In this document: in pieces, positions 28,159-36,250 of the stretch
How the letters are laid out: the number at the start of each line of letters is the position of its first letter
Position numbering within the stretch: the first letter of the stretch is position 1
Made by a program: the position numbers and the translations under genes
From: a virus
Lineage: Duplodnaviria; Heunggongvirae; Uroviricota; Caudoviricetes
IMG/VR virus record: IMGVR_UViG_2711768022_000004
Reading direction: 5' to 3' (one strand)
Length of the DNA stretch: 41,426 bases
Notes under the pieces: generated by a model
What the model was told of the DNA's origin: nothing
The model's database searches: none
The model's input: only the letters and a program-made list of their open reading frames with translations

Positions 28159-28740
28159 CTACGCCTTACCCAGCAGCATCTGCCTGATACGGAATTCGAT
28201 CTGCTCGCTCATGCCATCCACGCCGCGCAACTCATCGGTGACCGCATTCGCCATCTCTTCAGCAAATGCGGCCCGGATTTCTTTTTCACGCTTAATGCTG
28301 CGCTCGGCGGCACTTTCTGCACGCTGTGCCGACAGGAGGATGTCCTTAATAAGGCGCATATCCACATCGCTGTCGCTGTTCAGGGATTCGGTGGCGGCAC
28401 GCAGACGGCGGTACATCAGGGCACGGGACATCTCCAGAATCAGTGCCGTGGTTTCACCGGTCGGCTTATCCCCCAGTTCGGCCATCATGGCTTTTGTCTG
28501 CTCGCGTAAATCACGCAGATTACGGGCAATCAGCTCATTACGGGAGGCTTCCCGGCTGATGGCCGCCGGTGAGAGCTGCTGCTCTTCCGGCAGACCTGCT
28601 TCACGGATCAGACGGTTGATTTCCTCGCGGATCTGGACCTGCGTCAGACGTTTTTCACGCAGCATTTCCAGCAGCGGCTTACGGATGCTGTCGGGGAGCA
28701 AATCCACCTTGCGTACACGGCCACGCGCTGGCTTATCCAT
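28159..28740 (-). CDS. putative terminase small subunit / DNA-binding protein (Mu gp27-like)
   Basis: 193 aa, basic N-terminus, coiled-coil; directly upstream of large terminase. Confidence 0.5.
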   Translation of the reverse strand: MDKPARGRVRKVDLLPDSIRKPLLEMLREKRLTQVQIREEINRLIREAGLPEEQQLSPAAISREASRNELIARNLRDLREQTKAMMAELGDKPTGETTALILEMSRALMYRRLRAATESLNSDSDVDMRLIKDILLSAQRAESAAERSIKREKEIRAAFAEEMANAVTDELRGVDGMSEQIEFRIRQMLLGKA

Positions 28741-28742
28741 CG

Positions 28743-29033
28743 TTACCCCCTTGCGCGTGGTTTCTTCACACCCGGAACGGTGGCGCGGCCTTCCGCCACA
28801 TCCTGACCCCGGCCGGTCAGTTCAGCGATGAAATAACCGTTAACAAGCGTGCGCTTACGCACCAGTCCCTGCTCGGCAAGCCAGGCAATGTGGGTATGAA
28901 CGGTGTCGCGGGACACGCGGTGACCGTAATCATCCAGGCAGTCCTGAAGCACGGATTCGCCCAGTTCGCCGTTGTAATCCGCCAGCGACCGCAGAATGAC
29001 AAGACGCTGATCTTCAGTAATGAAATCACTCAT
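28743..29033 (-). CDS. hypothetical phage protein, possible winged-helix fold
   Basis: 96 aa; synteny. Confidence 0.4.
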   Translation of the reverse strand: MSDFITEDQRLVILRSLADYNGELGESVLQDCLDDYGHRVSRDTVHTHIAWLAEQGLVRKRTLVNGYFIAELTGRGQDVAEGRATVPGVKKPRARG

Positions 29034-29337
29034 TGTGTTTTTTCCTTACAGCCTGCTCCAGCAGCAGTTCGTTCTGATGGGAGACGGATTTCAGGGTGGC
29101 ATTGGTGGCCTTAAGCTCACCGCGCAGGGTGGTGATTTCGATATTGAGTCTGTTCACCTCCTGCTGCGTGGGCAGGCCGGAAATCCGGCTCTCCACCCGC
29201 TCAACCCGGTCGGAGAGTTTTTCAAAGGCCTCGCGGGGGACAAAGGTTTTGCGCATCAGCGCCATGAAGATCCCCCCGGCTGTGGCCGTTGCCGACAGGA
29301 TCGGCACGACATAATCTTTAACGATGCTGACCCACAT
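29026..29337 (-). CDS. membrane protein with N-terminal transmembrane helix and coiled-coil (holin- or releasin-like candidate)
   Basis: 103 aa; hydrophobic segment VVPILSATATAGGIFMALM near N-terminus; located in lysis cluster. Confidence 0.4.
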   Translation of the reverse strand: MWVSIVKDYVVPILSATATAGGIFMALMRKTFVPREAFEKLSDRVERVESRISGLPTQQEVNRLNIEITTLRGELKATNATLKSVSHQNELLLEQAVRKKHNE

Positions 29338-29545
29338 GACCGGCCTCCATGATGTTCTGGCAGTTCACACAACGGATGGCATCCGGCACGGCAACCAGAC
29401 GGGCAGCCGGAATGTCACCCCCGCAGTCCGCGCATACACGCCTGCCCGGTGTCTCCGCCACCCGGCGCTTACGTGTCAGCCGGTCACAAAGGGCGCGTTC
29501 TGTTGCACGCTCCATGACTGCCTGAGCACAATCTGAATCATCCAT
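29318..29545 (-). CDS. TraR/DksA-family C4 zinc-finger protein
   Basis: From ATG 29543-29545: MDDSDCAQAVMERA...CADCGGDIPAARLVAVPDAIRCVNCQ, four Cys in C-x2-C...C-x2-C spacing; AAGGA Shine-Dalgarno. Confidence 0.6.
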   Translation of the reverse strand: MDDSDCAQAVMERATERALCDRLTRKRRVAETPGRRVCADCGGDIPAARLVAVPDAIRCVNCQNIMEAGHVGQHR

Positions 29546-29555
29546 ACCTTTTTCC

Positions 29556-29927
29556 TTACTTCGTCTTTCCTGCCGGAACAGCAGTCGTTCCGGCCATATC
29601 AGTAAATTCATGCTGTCGCTGTGTCTCCAGACGGCGGATGCTGGCCTTGTCCACGTTGCAGTTTTTAATCACCGCCAGCAGTTGCAGGTTGTAAGTGACC
29701 GATGCACCAAACGTGAACGGCTGCGGCGCGGGAGGGACCAGGCAGTCAGCCAGCCATTCAGCGGGGATCGGCACCGGCTTCACCGGCACGTATTTCACAG
29801 ACGGCCCGCCGCACCCGGTCAGCCACATCATCAGGCACAGGCACAGCGGCAGCAGGCACCGTTGCCAGTGACCGGCGGACAATGCTCTGCTGTTCCTCGC
29901 TGTGCTGCATGTTCTGCTGTTTTTCAT
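29556..29927 (-). CDS. o-spanin-like outer-membrane lipoprotein (start uncertain)
   Basis: Lipobox L-T-G-C (LMMWLTGCGG) followed by Pro-rich region; overlaps the 3' part of the i-spanin candidate in another frame. Confidence 0.5.
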   Translation of the reverse strand: MKNSRTCSTARNSRALSAGHWQRCLLPLCLCLMMWLTGCGGPSVKYVPVKPVPIPAEWLADCLVPPAPQPFTFGASVTYNLQLLAVIKNCNVDKASIRRLETQRQHEFTDMAGTTAVPAGKTK

Positions 29928-30258
29928 TCGTGGCCGCCTTGCTGATTTGTGAAATGAGTTGCAGGGTGCGTTGCTGGTTTGCCAGCACCAGACGGGCTTC
30001 GTCCCGTTCACGCACAAGCACATGATTATTGTCCTCAAGGCGCTGCGTCTTCTGGTGCATTCCCCATACCACGGCAGCCAGCACGCTCATCACCCCCAGC
30101 GCCGCCATACAGCCTCCGGCAATCAGGGCCGGTAAGGGATTGTTCACCGCAGACACAGCACACCCCGCAGCAGCACAACGGCACACAGCAGCGCAATCAT
30201 GAGCGGTCGCCAGAAGCGGTTCAGACTTTCGGCAAATCGTAACGACATAACCATTCAT
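29758..30258 (-). CDS. i-spanin-like inner-membrane protein (start uncertain)
   Basis: N-terminal hydrophobic helix (LIAGGCMAALGVMSVLAAVVWG) followed by Gln/Arg-rich coiled-coil; overlaps endolysin 3' end. Confidence 0.5.
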   Translation of the reverse strand: MNGYVVTICRKSEPLLATAHDCAAVCRCAAAGCAVSAVNNPLPALIAGGCMAALGVMSVLAAVVWGMHQKTQRLEDNNHVLVRERDEARLVLANQQRTLQLISQISKAATNEKQQNMQHSEEQQSIVRRSLATVPAAAVPVPDDVADRVRRAVCEIRAGEAGADPR

Positions 30259-30721
30259 CCGCCGAACGGCGGGCCTCAAGACCGGGGAGTTTTACCCCCT
30301 TTGAATAAATCCAGCGGATATACTGCTTACAGGACGCGGGCATCTGCCCGGCATTGATAAGGCGCAGGAGCGTGGAGTTGCGAAAGTTCGTTTCACCGGC
30401 CCAGAAAATCCAGGAGGCCAGCGCCACCGTCTGACCACGGGTAAGCGGCACCTGAACATGACGATCGATAGCCGCAAAGGCCCATTTCATGTCCTTTTCC
30501 AGCAGCTCCAGACACTCTTCATCAGTTTTTGTCATCCCCGGTTTCACATCCGGGCCGGTATGGCCGTAACAGATGGTGGGGGTGCCGGTGGGATCAATGT
30601 ACGTGGTGTTTTCTTTCCCTTCCCAGTAGCCGGTGTAGTGCGTGGCAATGGTGAACGTCCCGGCTCCGGCCAGAACAAGGGCAATCAGCTTTTTACGCAG
30701 GGGTGCGGGGAGTTTTGGCAT
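30221..30721 (-). CDS. endolysin, T4-lysozyme type with N-terminal signal-anchor-release (SAR)-like segment
   Basis: Catalytic spacing E-8-D-5-T in YWEGKENTTYIDPTGTPT; Gly/Ala-rich hydrophobic N-terminus LIALVLAGAGTFTIATHY. Confidence 0.75.
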   Translation of the reverse strand: MPKLPAPLRKKLIALVLAGAGTFTIATHYTGYWEGKENTTYIDPTGTPTICYGHTGPDVKPGMTKTDEECLELLEKDMKWAFAAIDRHVQVPLTRGQTVALASWIFWAGETNFRNSTLLRLINAGQMPASCKQYIRWIYSKGVKLPGLEARRSADEWLCRYDLPKV

Positions 30722-30722
30722 T

Positions 30723-30760
30723 GTTACGCTGTCTCATGGTGTTCTCTGAGTCAGCGTAAC
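30723..30760. promoter_or_regulatory. 9-bp inverted repeat immediately upstream of endolysin start
   Basis: GTTACGCTG (30723-30731) ... CAGCGTAAC (30752-30760), 20-bp spacer; ends 2 nt before the lys ATG. Confidence 0.3.
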
Positions 30761-30792
30761 CGTGAGGAAAAGGGGGCAGGATTTGCGGAATA

Positions 30793-31215
30793 TCAGAAAA
30801 GCCGTGGCTGCGTGCGTTCCTGATGCAGGCGACGCTGGTTGCGGATAACGGAGTAAATCTGCGTCTCTGACATCTGGTAGTGGCGGCGCAGGGTTTCAAT
30901 TTTTTCGCCCTGGCTCCAGCGGGAAAAAATTTCATTATTGCGCAGTTCGGTGAAAAGGGATTCACCGACCGGGAGATAATAACCACGCCCGCCCATGTAC
31001 CCGGCCTGTGCGGCTGCAACCTTACGGGCAAGCATTCCCGCCTGAGCAGGTTCAATCCCCTGACGGTGCAGTTCAGCACTGATCACATCAACCAGGTCCC
31101 GCAGCGTGCCGGGCCAGTTCTTTTTCAGCTCATCATCAGGAATATCATCCAGACGGTCAATCAGCGCGTGCAGCTGTTCGCTGTCACCAAACATGCTCAT
31201 CTGTGTTTCAGCCAT
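30793..31215 (-). CDS. mor: Mor/C-family transcriptional activator
   Basis: 140 aa; N-terminus MAETQMSMFGDSEQLHALIDRL resembles Mu Mor (MTEDLFGD...); directly after gemA-like gene. Confidence 0.65.
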   Translation of the reverse strand: MAETQMSMFGDSEQLHALIDRLDDIPDDELKKNWPGTLRDLVDVISAELHRQGIEPAQAGMLARKVAAAQAGYMGGRGYYLPVGESLFTELRNNEIFSRWSQGEKIETLRRHYQMSETQIYSVIRNQRRLHQERTQPRLF

Positions 31216-31285
31216 ACCCGCCTCCGGTCATCATTACACAGGGCAAGTTTAAAATAAAAATCCCGCGCTGTGGCGGGATTTGGGG

Positions 31286-31798
31286 TTAACGGGGGAATGA
31301 TTTTTCATACAGCCTGCAAACACGCTCATAACTCATCACTGCACGTTCCGACATATCCAGGGCTGCCAGCATTTTGCGGCGGTGCCAGCGTTTGAGACGC
31401 TCCAGCACATCAGAGGCCAGCGCGGGTTGTTGCTCCAGCCACTGCCAGTTAGCCACACCTTCGCCGTCGTTCTGCGCGGCCGTCTGCGATTTCACCCAGC
31501 GGTTAAGGGCCGTTTCCCCGCCATCAGAGATAAATCCCTGCCGGTGCATCACTTTCCAGATGGCGCGAATTTTGGCGGTCACCGTACCCGGTTTTAAGGC
31601 CCGGTTAACCGGCTTCTGACGCACTTTAAAACCGCGTTTTTTGAAAACATCCAGCACGCGGGATAACTCACCGGGTGACATATCACGGCAACTGGATTTG
31701 CCGGTGGCTGCCAGCAGCGCGGATGTATAGGTATCATGGTCAAGCTGTAGATCGCGTTTTGCGACATGTATTAAGGTAATCAGGGAAGCGCGATTCAT
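31286..31798 (-). CDS. gemA: GemA-like regulatory protein (Mu gp16 family)
   Basis: 170 aa; MNRASLITLIHVAKRDLQLDHDTY... resembles Mu gp16/GemA; precedes mor. Confidence 0.6.
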   Translation of the reverse strand: MNRASLITLIHVAKRDLQLDHDTYTSALLAATGKSSCRDMSPGELSRVLDVFKKRGFKVRQKPVNRALKPGTVTAKIRAIWKVMHRQGFISDGGETALNRWVKSQTAAQNDGEGVANWQWLEQQPALASDVLERLKRWHRRKMLAALDMSERAVMSYERVCRLYEKSFPR

Positions 31799-31810
31799 TA
31801 TCGTGGCTCC

Positions 31811-31840
31811 ATAAAAAATGGGCGGTGTTACCGCACCGCC
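31811..31840 (-). terminator. candidate rho-independent terminator/attenuator just upstream of gemA
   Basis: On minus strand GGCGGTG-CGGTAA-CACCGCC followed by CATTTTTTAT; 12 nt later GGAG and the gemA start. Confidence 0.45.
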
Positions 31841-31868
31841 ATGTCAATTAACATAAAAGGAAAAATCT

Positions 31869-32108
31869 ATGTCAGATATAAAAAATGCACTTGATGTTGC
31901 CGCATTCACAATGGCTGGAAATCTTATGGTAACCCTGTTCGATAAGGGGCTGATTTCCCGTGAGGAGGCAATACATATTATCAATCTCGCTCAAAAAAAC
32001 TCTACCCCGGAAAATGCAGAAGATATCCAGGATGGCTCATATATTAATACCGACTGGCATTTCGACAATCTCCGGGCCTGTATGGGGATTACCGCTGAAA
32101 AAGATTAA
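31869..32108 (+). CDS. hypothetical protein encoded opposite to the early operon
   Basis: 79 aa; AAGGA Shine-Dalgarno 7 nt before ATG; AT-rich; 3' end overlaps convergent minus-strand gene by 20 nt. Confidence 0.4.
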   Translation: MSDIKNALDVAAFTMAGNLMVTLFDKGLISREEAIHIINLAQKNSTPENAEDIQDGSYINTDWHFDNLRACMGITAEKD

Positions 32109-32376
32109 AAATTTTTGCATAATGTTCAGATGTAAGAATTGCTGAACCATCAACACCGAGCCTACGGCGAACGTATTCCTCGCGGGCTATTTTATTATCC
32201 AGAGATACAGCATCCTTAATCAGGTTAATCTCCCGCTCCATTATCAAAAGGGCTTCTCTGGCTGCAAGATTTTCTTTTATCGCATATTCGATAATGTCCC
32301 GCATACGTTCAAGCATGCCGATTTTAGCCAGTTCTTCGTCGATAGATTTAGGCGCAAATTTGATTTCTTTTTCCAT
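32089..32376 (-). CDS. hypothetical coiled-coil protein (start set at ATG 32374-32376)
   Basis: MEKEIKFAPKSIDEELAKIGMLER...; GAGGA Shine-Dalgarno; listed longer ORF starts at GTG. Confidence 0.5.
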   Translation of the reverse strand: MEKEIKFAPKSIDEELAKIGMLERMRDIIEYAIKENLAAREALLIMEREINLIKDAVSLDNKIAREEYVRRRLGVDGSAILTSEHYAKIFNLFQR

Positions 32377-32377
32377 A

Positions 32378-32521
32378 TTATTCATCCTCACAATTTATAC
32401 ATGCAGTGTCGTCGCCCATATCGCAGTGGTTACATTTTATCTCACCACAATGTGGGCACTCTTTCAGATACTCCGGGTCCTCATTTCCACAGGTGGGACA
32501 TTCAACAATTTGCTCATCCAT
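32378..32521 (-). CDS. small Cys-rich zinc-ribbon protein (47 aa), not in the supplied ORF track
   Basis: MDEQIVECPTCGNEDPEYLKECPHCGEIKCNHCDMGDDTACINCEDE; ATG overlaps upstream stop and its stop abuts the next ATG. Confidence 0.5.
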   Translation of the reverse strand: MDEQIVECPTCGNEDPEYLKECPHCGEIKCNHCDMGDDTACINCEDE

Positions 32522-32846
32522 TATGTATCCCCTGTAATTCCGGCAAGGCCGAAAGATGGCACCAGTGCGTCACCTGTCCGTCCTCATCTTCAAGGCAGGC
32601 TCCGGTTTCTTCATCAATAAAAAAGCCTTCATACCCCATATGGCCGATGCGCAGTTCCTGTTGGTCACCATACTGAACAATCAGCACGACAGCCTCCATA
32701 TCAGGCGGAAATGCGTCATCCAGTGAATGCCAGGGATAACCGCGCAAATCCCCGAAATAAACGCCGGTCAGCGTTCCGCCACAGAGCGGCATTCCGGCGG
32801 CACACACAAGAGGTTCATCTGATTCAACAAATAAGGTCGTTATCAT
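32514..32846 (-). CDS. hypothetical early-region protein
   Basis: 110-aa ORF, acidic. Confidence 0.45.
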   Translation of the reverse strand: MITTLFVESDEPLVCAAGMPLCGGTLTGVYFGDLRGYPWHSLDDAFPPDMEAVVLIVQYGDQQELRIGHMGYEGFFIDEETGACLEDEDGQVTHWCHLSALPELQGIHNG

Positions 32847-33394
32847 GGCGTTAACTCCCGTAATACAGCGTCCTCGGCAGTCCGGCGACGGTAATAAACT
32901 GCGTGAGCAGAATGTTCAGATATTCCAAACTTTTCGCCAATTTCCCGGAATGACAGACGGCGTGGGTAATCGGAATCACGCAGCTCACGTATAAGACGTA
33001 CATCATCATCAGATATGCGCGTGCCGGGGCGTAACTCTCCGCACTTTGTTAATCCAGCACCAATCATTCCTGCCCGACATCTGACAGAATCTTTATTACG
33101 TCCGAGATATTCTCCCATTTGCTGGCAGGTCATTGTTCTGGCATTTTTTCGAATAAACTTATCTTCATCAGGTGTAAATCTTGGGTGTTTATATTTCAGT
33201 AACTCCGGGTATGAACTGCGCAATACACCAGTCCGGTTATATACAGCCCAGACAGTTCTTTTTATTCTGGCAGCAATATCCTTAACCGGGGTGGATGAAT
33301 AAAGCGCAATCAGCAGCGCATCTTCTTCAGGTGTCCACGGACGGACATGAGCGGGGGCGCGACCTTTTAGTCCCATGGGTTGTAATTTCATCAT
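32843..33394 (-). CDS. DNA-binding protein with three tandem GcrA/SANT-like helix-turn-helix repeats
   Basis: Repeats WTPEEDALLIALY...IAARIKRTVWAVYNR; FTPDEDKFIRKN...MGEYLGRNKDSVRCRAGMIG; DDDVRLIREL...IGEKFGISEHSAHAVYYRR. Confidence 0.45.
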   Translation of the reverse strand: MMKLQPMGLKGRAPAHVRPWTPEEDALLIALYSSTPVKDIAARIKRTVWAVYNRTGVLRSSYPELLKYKHPRFTPDEDKFIRKNARTMTCQQMGEYLGRNKDSVRCRAGMIGAGLTKCGELRPGTRISDDDVRLIRELRDSDYPRRLSFREIGEKFGISEHSAHAVYYRRRTAEDAVLRELTP

Positions 33395-33397
33395 GCA

Positions 33398-33913
33398 TCA
33401 CCCCCTGACTCGCTTTTCAGCAGCATAAAACTCATCAGACAGTATTTCGGTCATTTTCTGTTTTGCGGGTTTTACGCCGCACTGAAGGTAAATCACATCG
33501 TCAACGCAGAACCACTTCACAGGGCCAAACAGGATTGCCGAGAAATCAATACCCAACCAGAACAACAGCGCATCGGTTCTGGCATACGTGACGGGCGAAT
33601 ATTCACGCCACAGACTGTTCAGTTCATCAGAGGCAACACGCAGGGTTTTAGGGATACGTGATGTGCGCGGTGTGCAGCTCCAGCCATTCGACGCAGTCGG
33701 TTTTCGCCATAAGTCGCGATGAAAAGGATATTTGTCCTCCGTAAAACGCAGTCCCTTAAAGTAAAATCCACTGATACCGGATACAAATACCGACCGGCAC
33801 GCAACATTCAGCACGGCCTCAAGGCGTTTTGCCTCATCCTTAACTTTCTGGCAGTCCTGCTGGTATTTTTGCCACGCAGCCAGCGCGGAAGGGTTTGATG
33901 TTTTAAAGAACAT
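33398..33913 (-). CDS. hypothetical early-region protein
   Basis: 171-aa ORF, tightly packed in operon. Confidence 0.45.
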   Translation of the reverse strand: MFFKTSNPSALAAWQKYQQDCQKVKDEAKRLEAVLNVACRSVFVSGISGFYFKGLRFTEDKYPFHRDLWRKPTASNGWSCTPRTSRIPKTLRVASDELNSLWREYSPVTYARTDALLFWLGIDFSAILFGPVKWFCVDDVIYLQCGVKPAKQKMTEILSDEFYAAEKRVRG

Positions 33914-34446
33914 TACGCCACCTCCGCAGATATCCCGGCAGGCGCTGCTGTCCGGTCAACAATCAGGTAGCGCAGAACATGTTCAGTGATATTCCAGCCG
34001 CTTAAACCGCAGATAATGACGCCCAGGCGTATGTCGATATACGCCATCACAAACTGGGGCACGCCTTCTTTCATGGCCTGCTCATCAACTTCAGCCACCA
34101 CATAAACGGTTTCACAGGTCAGAACGCCCTGAGCAAATTCCCACGCCATCGACGGAATATCATGCCCCTCAATCCATGGCAGGGATTTTCTGAAGCCGCA
34201 CCACTGAACATCATCAGCCGCAGATTCCTGGCTGCATTTGCGACGAACCGGCTGCACCGGGCGGGGACGCGGAATATCATAAAAACCGTTACATTCCGTC
34301 AGCACGCCTGCATCAACCGCATCACGCAGAAAATAAACCATGGAGGATGGCGGCATATTCATTTTTTCAGCCAGTACACCGCAGGTCAGGCGGCCATAAA
34401 TACACAGCCAGTTTTTAACCCCTTCAAGCACTTTTGCATCAATCAT
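33913..34446 (-). CDS. hypothetical early-region protein
   Basis: 177-aa ORF. Confidence 0.45.
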   Translation of the reverse strand: MIDAKVLEGVKNWLCIYGRLTCGVLAEKMNMPPSSMVYFLRDAVDAGVLTECNGFYDIPRPRPVQPVRRKCSQESAADDVQWCGFRKSLPWIEGHDIPSMAWEFAQGVLTCETVYVVAEVDEQAMKEGVPQFVMAYIDIRLGVIICGLSGWNITEHVLRYLIVDRTAAPAGISAEVA

Positions 34447-34591
34447 GATTTATTTCCCCACCACATTATTAATGACGATATAAACGTATTTCATATTTCT
34501 TAACCCTTATTTTCTGTTTTCAGGCGCAAGCAGTCCCCTGACGCGAGCGCCATAATTAAAATGAAGTGATATTTAATTGATTAATGCGGTG

Positions 34592-35122
34592 TTATTTATT
34601 CAGTCCGGCGTCCTGTTCAAAAGGCTCGACATAAAAACTTTCAGCGCCTTTATTCACCTTGATACCGGCAATGCCTTTCACAGCATCCGGCTCCGCCAGG
34701 ACGGCTTCCTTGTTCACTTCCTCTTTCGTGCGGATGAAACGCTCAAGCCCCATACGGCGCAGCATTTCAATCACACCTTCCACATCACGGCTGACGCTGC
34801 ATGATGGCGTTCCCAGCCGCCATGACACCGTTCCGGTGGTCAGATTGGCTGTTTTGGTTTTGCCGCCGTTCGTCAGCTCATCACGGTTGGTTTTGCACCA
34901 GTCCTGAATCCCTTTAAAAAGCACTTTGATTTGCTTTTTAAGATTTTCAATCTGCGGCGTATAACGGGCGGTGATTTCTGCCACTTCGTCATTCATCGCC
35001 GTTTCCAGGCGCAGCGCCTCTCGCTGAATATCTCCCAGGGTGCGGATATCACGGCTGACTTCTTCCCGGGTCTGCGGTGCCGCCTCGGCTGCGGCCTTTA
35101 ATTTTGTAACGCGTTTAGCCAT
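34592..35122 (-). CDS. gam: Gam-like host-nuclease inhibitor (DNA end-binding protein)
   Basis: 176 aa; LRLETAMNDEVAEITARY...NRDELTNGGKTKTANLTTGTVSWR...RFIRTKEEVNKEA...FEQDAG closely resembles Mu Gam. Confidence 0.8.
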   Translation of the reverse strand: MAKRVTKLKAAAEAAPQTREEVSRDIRTLGDIQREALRLETAMNDEVAEITARYTPQIENLKKQIKVLFKGIQDWCKTNRDELTNGGKTKTANLTTGTVSWRLGTPSCSVSRDVEGVIEMLRRMGLERFIRTKEEVNKEAVLAEPDAVKGIAGIKVNKGAESFYVEPFEQDAGLNK

Positions 35123-35133
35123 TTTGTTTTTCC

Positions 35134-35427
35134 TTATTGCAGTGTGCCTGATGCTTTATGCACGCGGTGGCGTTTAATGATGGCATCCGCTCCAAAAGAC
35201 TGTGCAGATGCCTGAAATTCCGCTGAGAGAAACTGAATAATTGCAGGACTGTGATACTGGAGAATACTTGCATAAACGTCACAGAGTGACGTCGGCCTGT
35301 TATCCGTATCACGTTCTGTTTTCACATCCACTCCAATCTTTTCATGCACTTCAACACAGTCATTGCCTGCCAACTTTTCGTCATGCGAAACATGATTAAA
35401 TTCAAAAATAACGCGTACTTTGCTCAT
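35134..35427 (-). CDS. hypothetical small protein, paralogue B of a tandem pair
   Basis: From ATG 35425-35427: MSKVRVIFEFNHVSHDEK...; shares MSKV-R-IFE N-terminus with upstream gene. Confidence 0.45.
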   Translation of the reverse strand: MSKVRVIFEFNHVSHDEKLAGNDCVEVHEKIGVDVKTERDTDNRPTSLCDVYASILQYHSPAIIQFLSAEFQASAQSFGADAIIKRHRVHKASGTLQ

Positions 35428-35431
35428 GGAA

Positions 35432-35704
35432 TTACCCCTGTTGATTAAATTCATTACCGTTAATAACCCCGGAAGCCATGCCTCTGTCTTTCATGAATGC
35501 ACTGGCTTTCATTGCCACAAACTCTGCGAAGTTTCTGCTTTCTGCCAGCATAACCACCCCAAAAATCATGGCGGGTCCATTATCTTTCTTCTTTATTCCG
35601 GTTGAACGTATATCCAGACTTACCCCTCTGTGCGTGCTGCCATCAGAGTTTTTGCAGATAACATCTTCCTTGTATTCGAAAATAATGCGTACGACTTTAC
35701 TCAT
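35432..35704 (-). CDS. hypothetical small protein, paralogue A of a tandem pair
   Basis: MSKVVRIIFEYKEDVICKNSDGSTHRG...; AT-rich. Confidence 0.45.
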   Translation of the reverse strand: MSKVVRIIFEYKEDVICKNSDGSTHRGVSLDIRSTGIKKKDNGPAMIFGVVMLAESRNFAEFVAMKASAFMKDRGMASGVINGNEFNQQG

Positions 35705-35982
35705 CCTCTGGTCCTCGTTCTGTTTGGATAACTGACCCGGCGTCTAACCTCACGGCAGAACCGAATCATGGCATTAAAGGCTTCTTCCTCCGTCACCGCT
35801 TCCGGTATCCCCGGAACCAGTAACTGCTCCTGTTCATCACGTCCATGACGCGCCATAACCTCAATCACATGCCGTACCGTGGCAGGCTTTCCGGCAACTA
35901 TCGGCAATGCACCTTCCGGCAGGACGTAACCAAACTCAATAAGACCACTCGACCACGCCCATGCAATGAGATTTTTTTTCAC
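35701..35982 (-). CDS. hypothetical early-region protein
   Basis: 93-aa ORF. Confidence 0.4.
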   Translation of the reverse strand: MKKNLIAWAWSSGLIEFGYVLPEGALPIVAGKPATVRHVIEVMARHGRDEQEQLLVPGIPEAVTEEEAFNAMIRFCREVRRRVSYPNRTRTRG

Positions 35983-35983
35983 C

Positions 35984-36250
35984 TCACACCTCCCAGTAAA
36001 CCGTGCAGCCGCTGATGCGGGTGGCCTTCACACGGCGGCGCAGGCCGTTGGTCTGTATGGTGATTTCAATTTCACCGGTTCCCTGCACGTTGCCTACCGG
36101 CGGCGTGGTTTTCAGTGCAAAACGTTGCGGATAGCGCTTACTGCGTTCCAGTACCGCACCGGCAAGTTCGGTCAGACGGCGCGCGCTGTTCAGGGAGTCG
36201 AATAAATTCATTTTGTTACCGCAGGATTGCATATTCATATAACACCTCAT
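35984..36250 (-). CDS. hypothetical early-region protein
   Basis: 88-aa ORF; start uncertain. Confidence 0.4.
   Translation of the reverse strand: MRCYMNMQSCGNKMNLFDSLNSARRLTELAGAVLERSKRYPQRFALKTTPPVGNVQGTGEIEITIQTNGLRRRVKATRISGCTVYWEV

Noticed and set aside
30793-31215. A separate late activator C gene in addition to Mor
   Set aside because: Only one Mor/C-family ORF is present between gemA and the endolysin gene; no second paralogue found.
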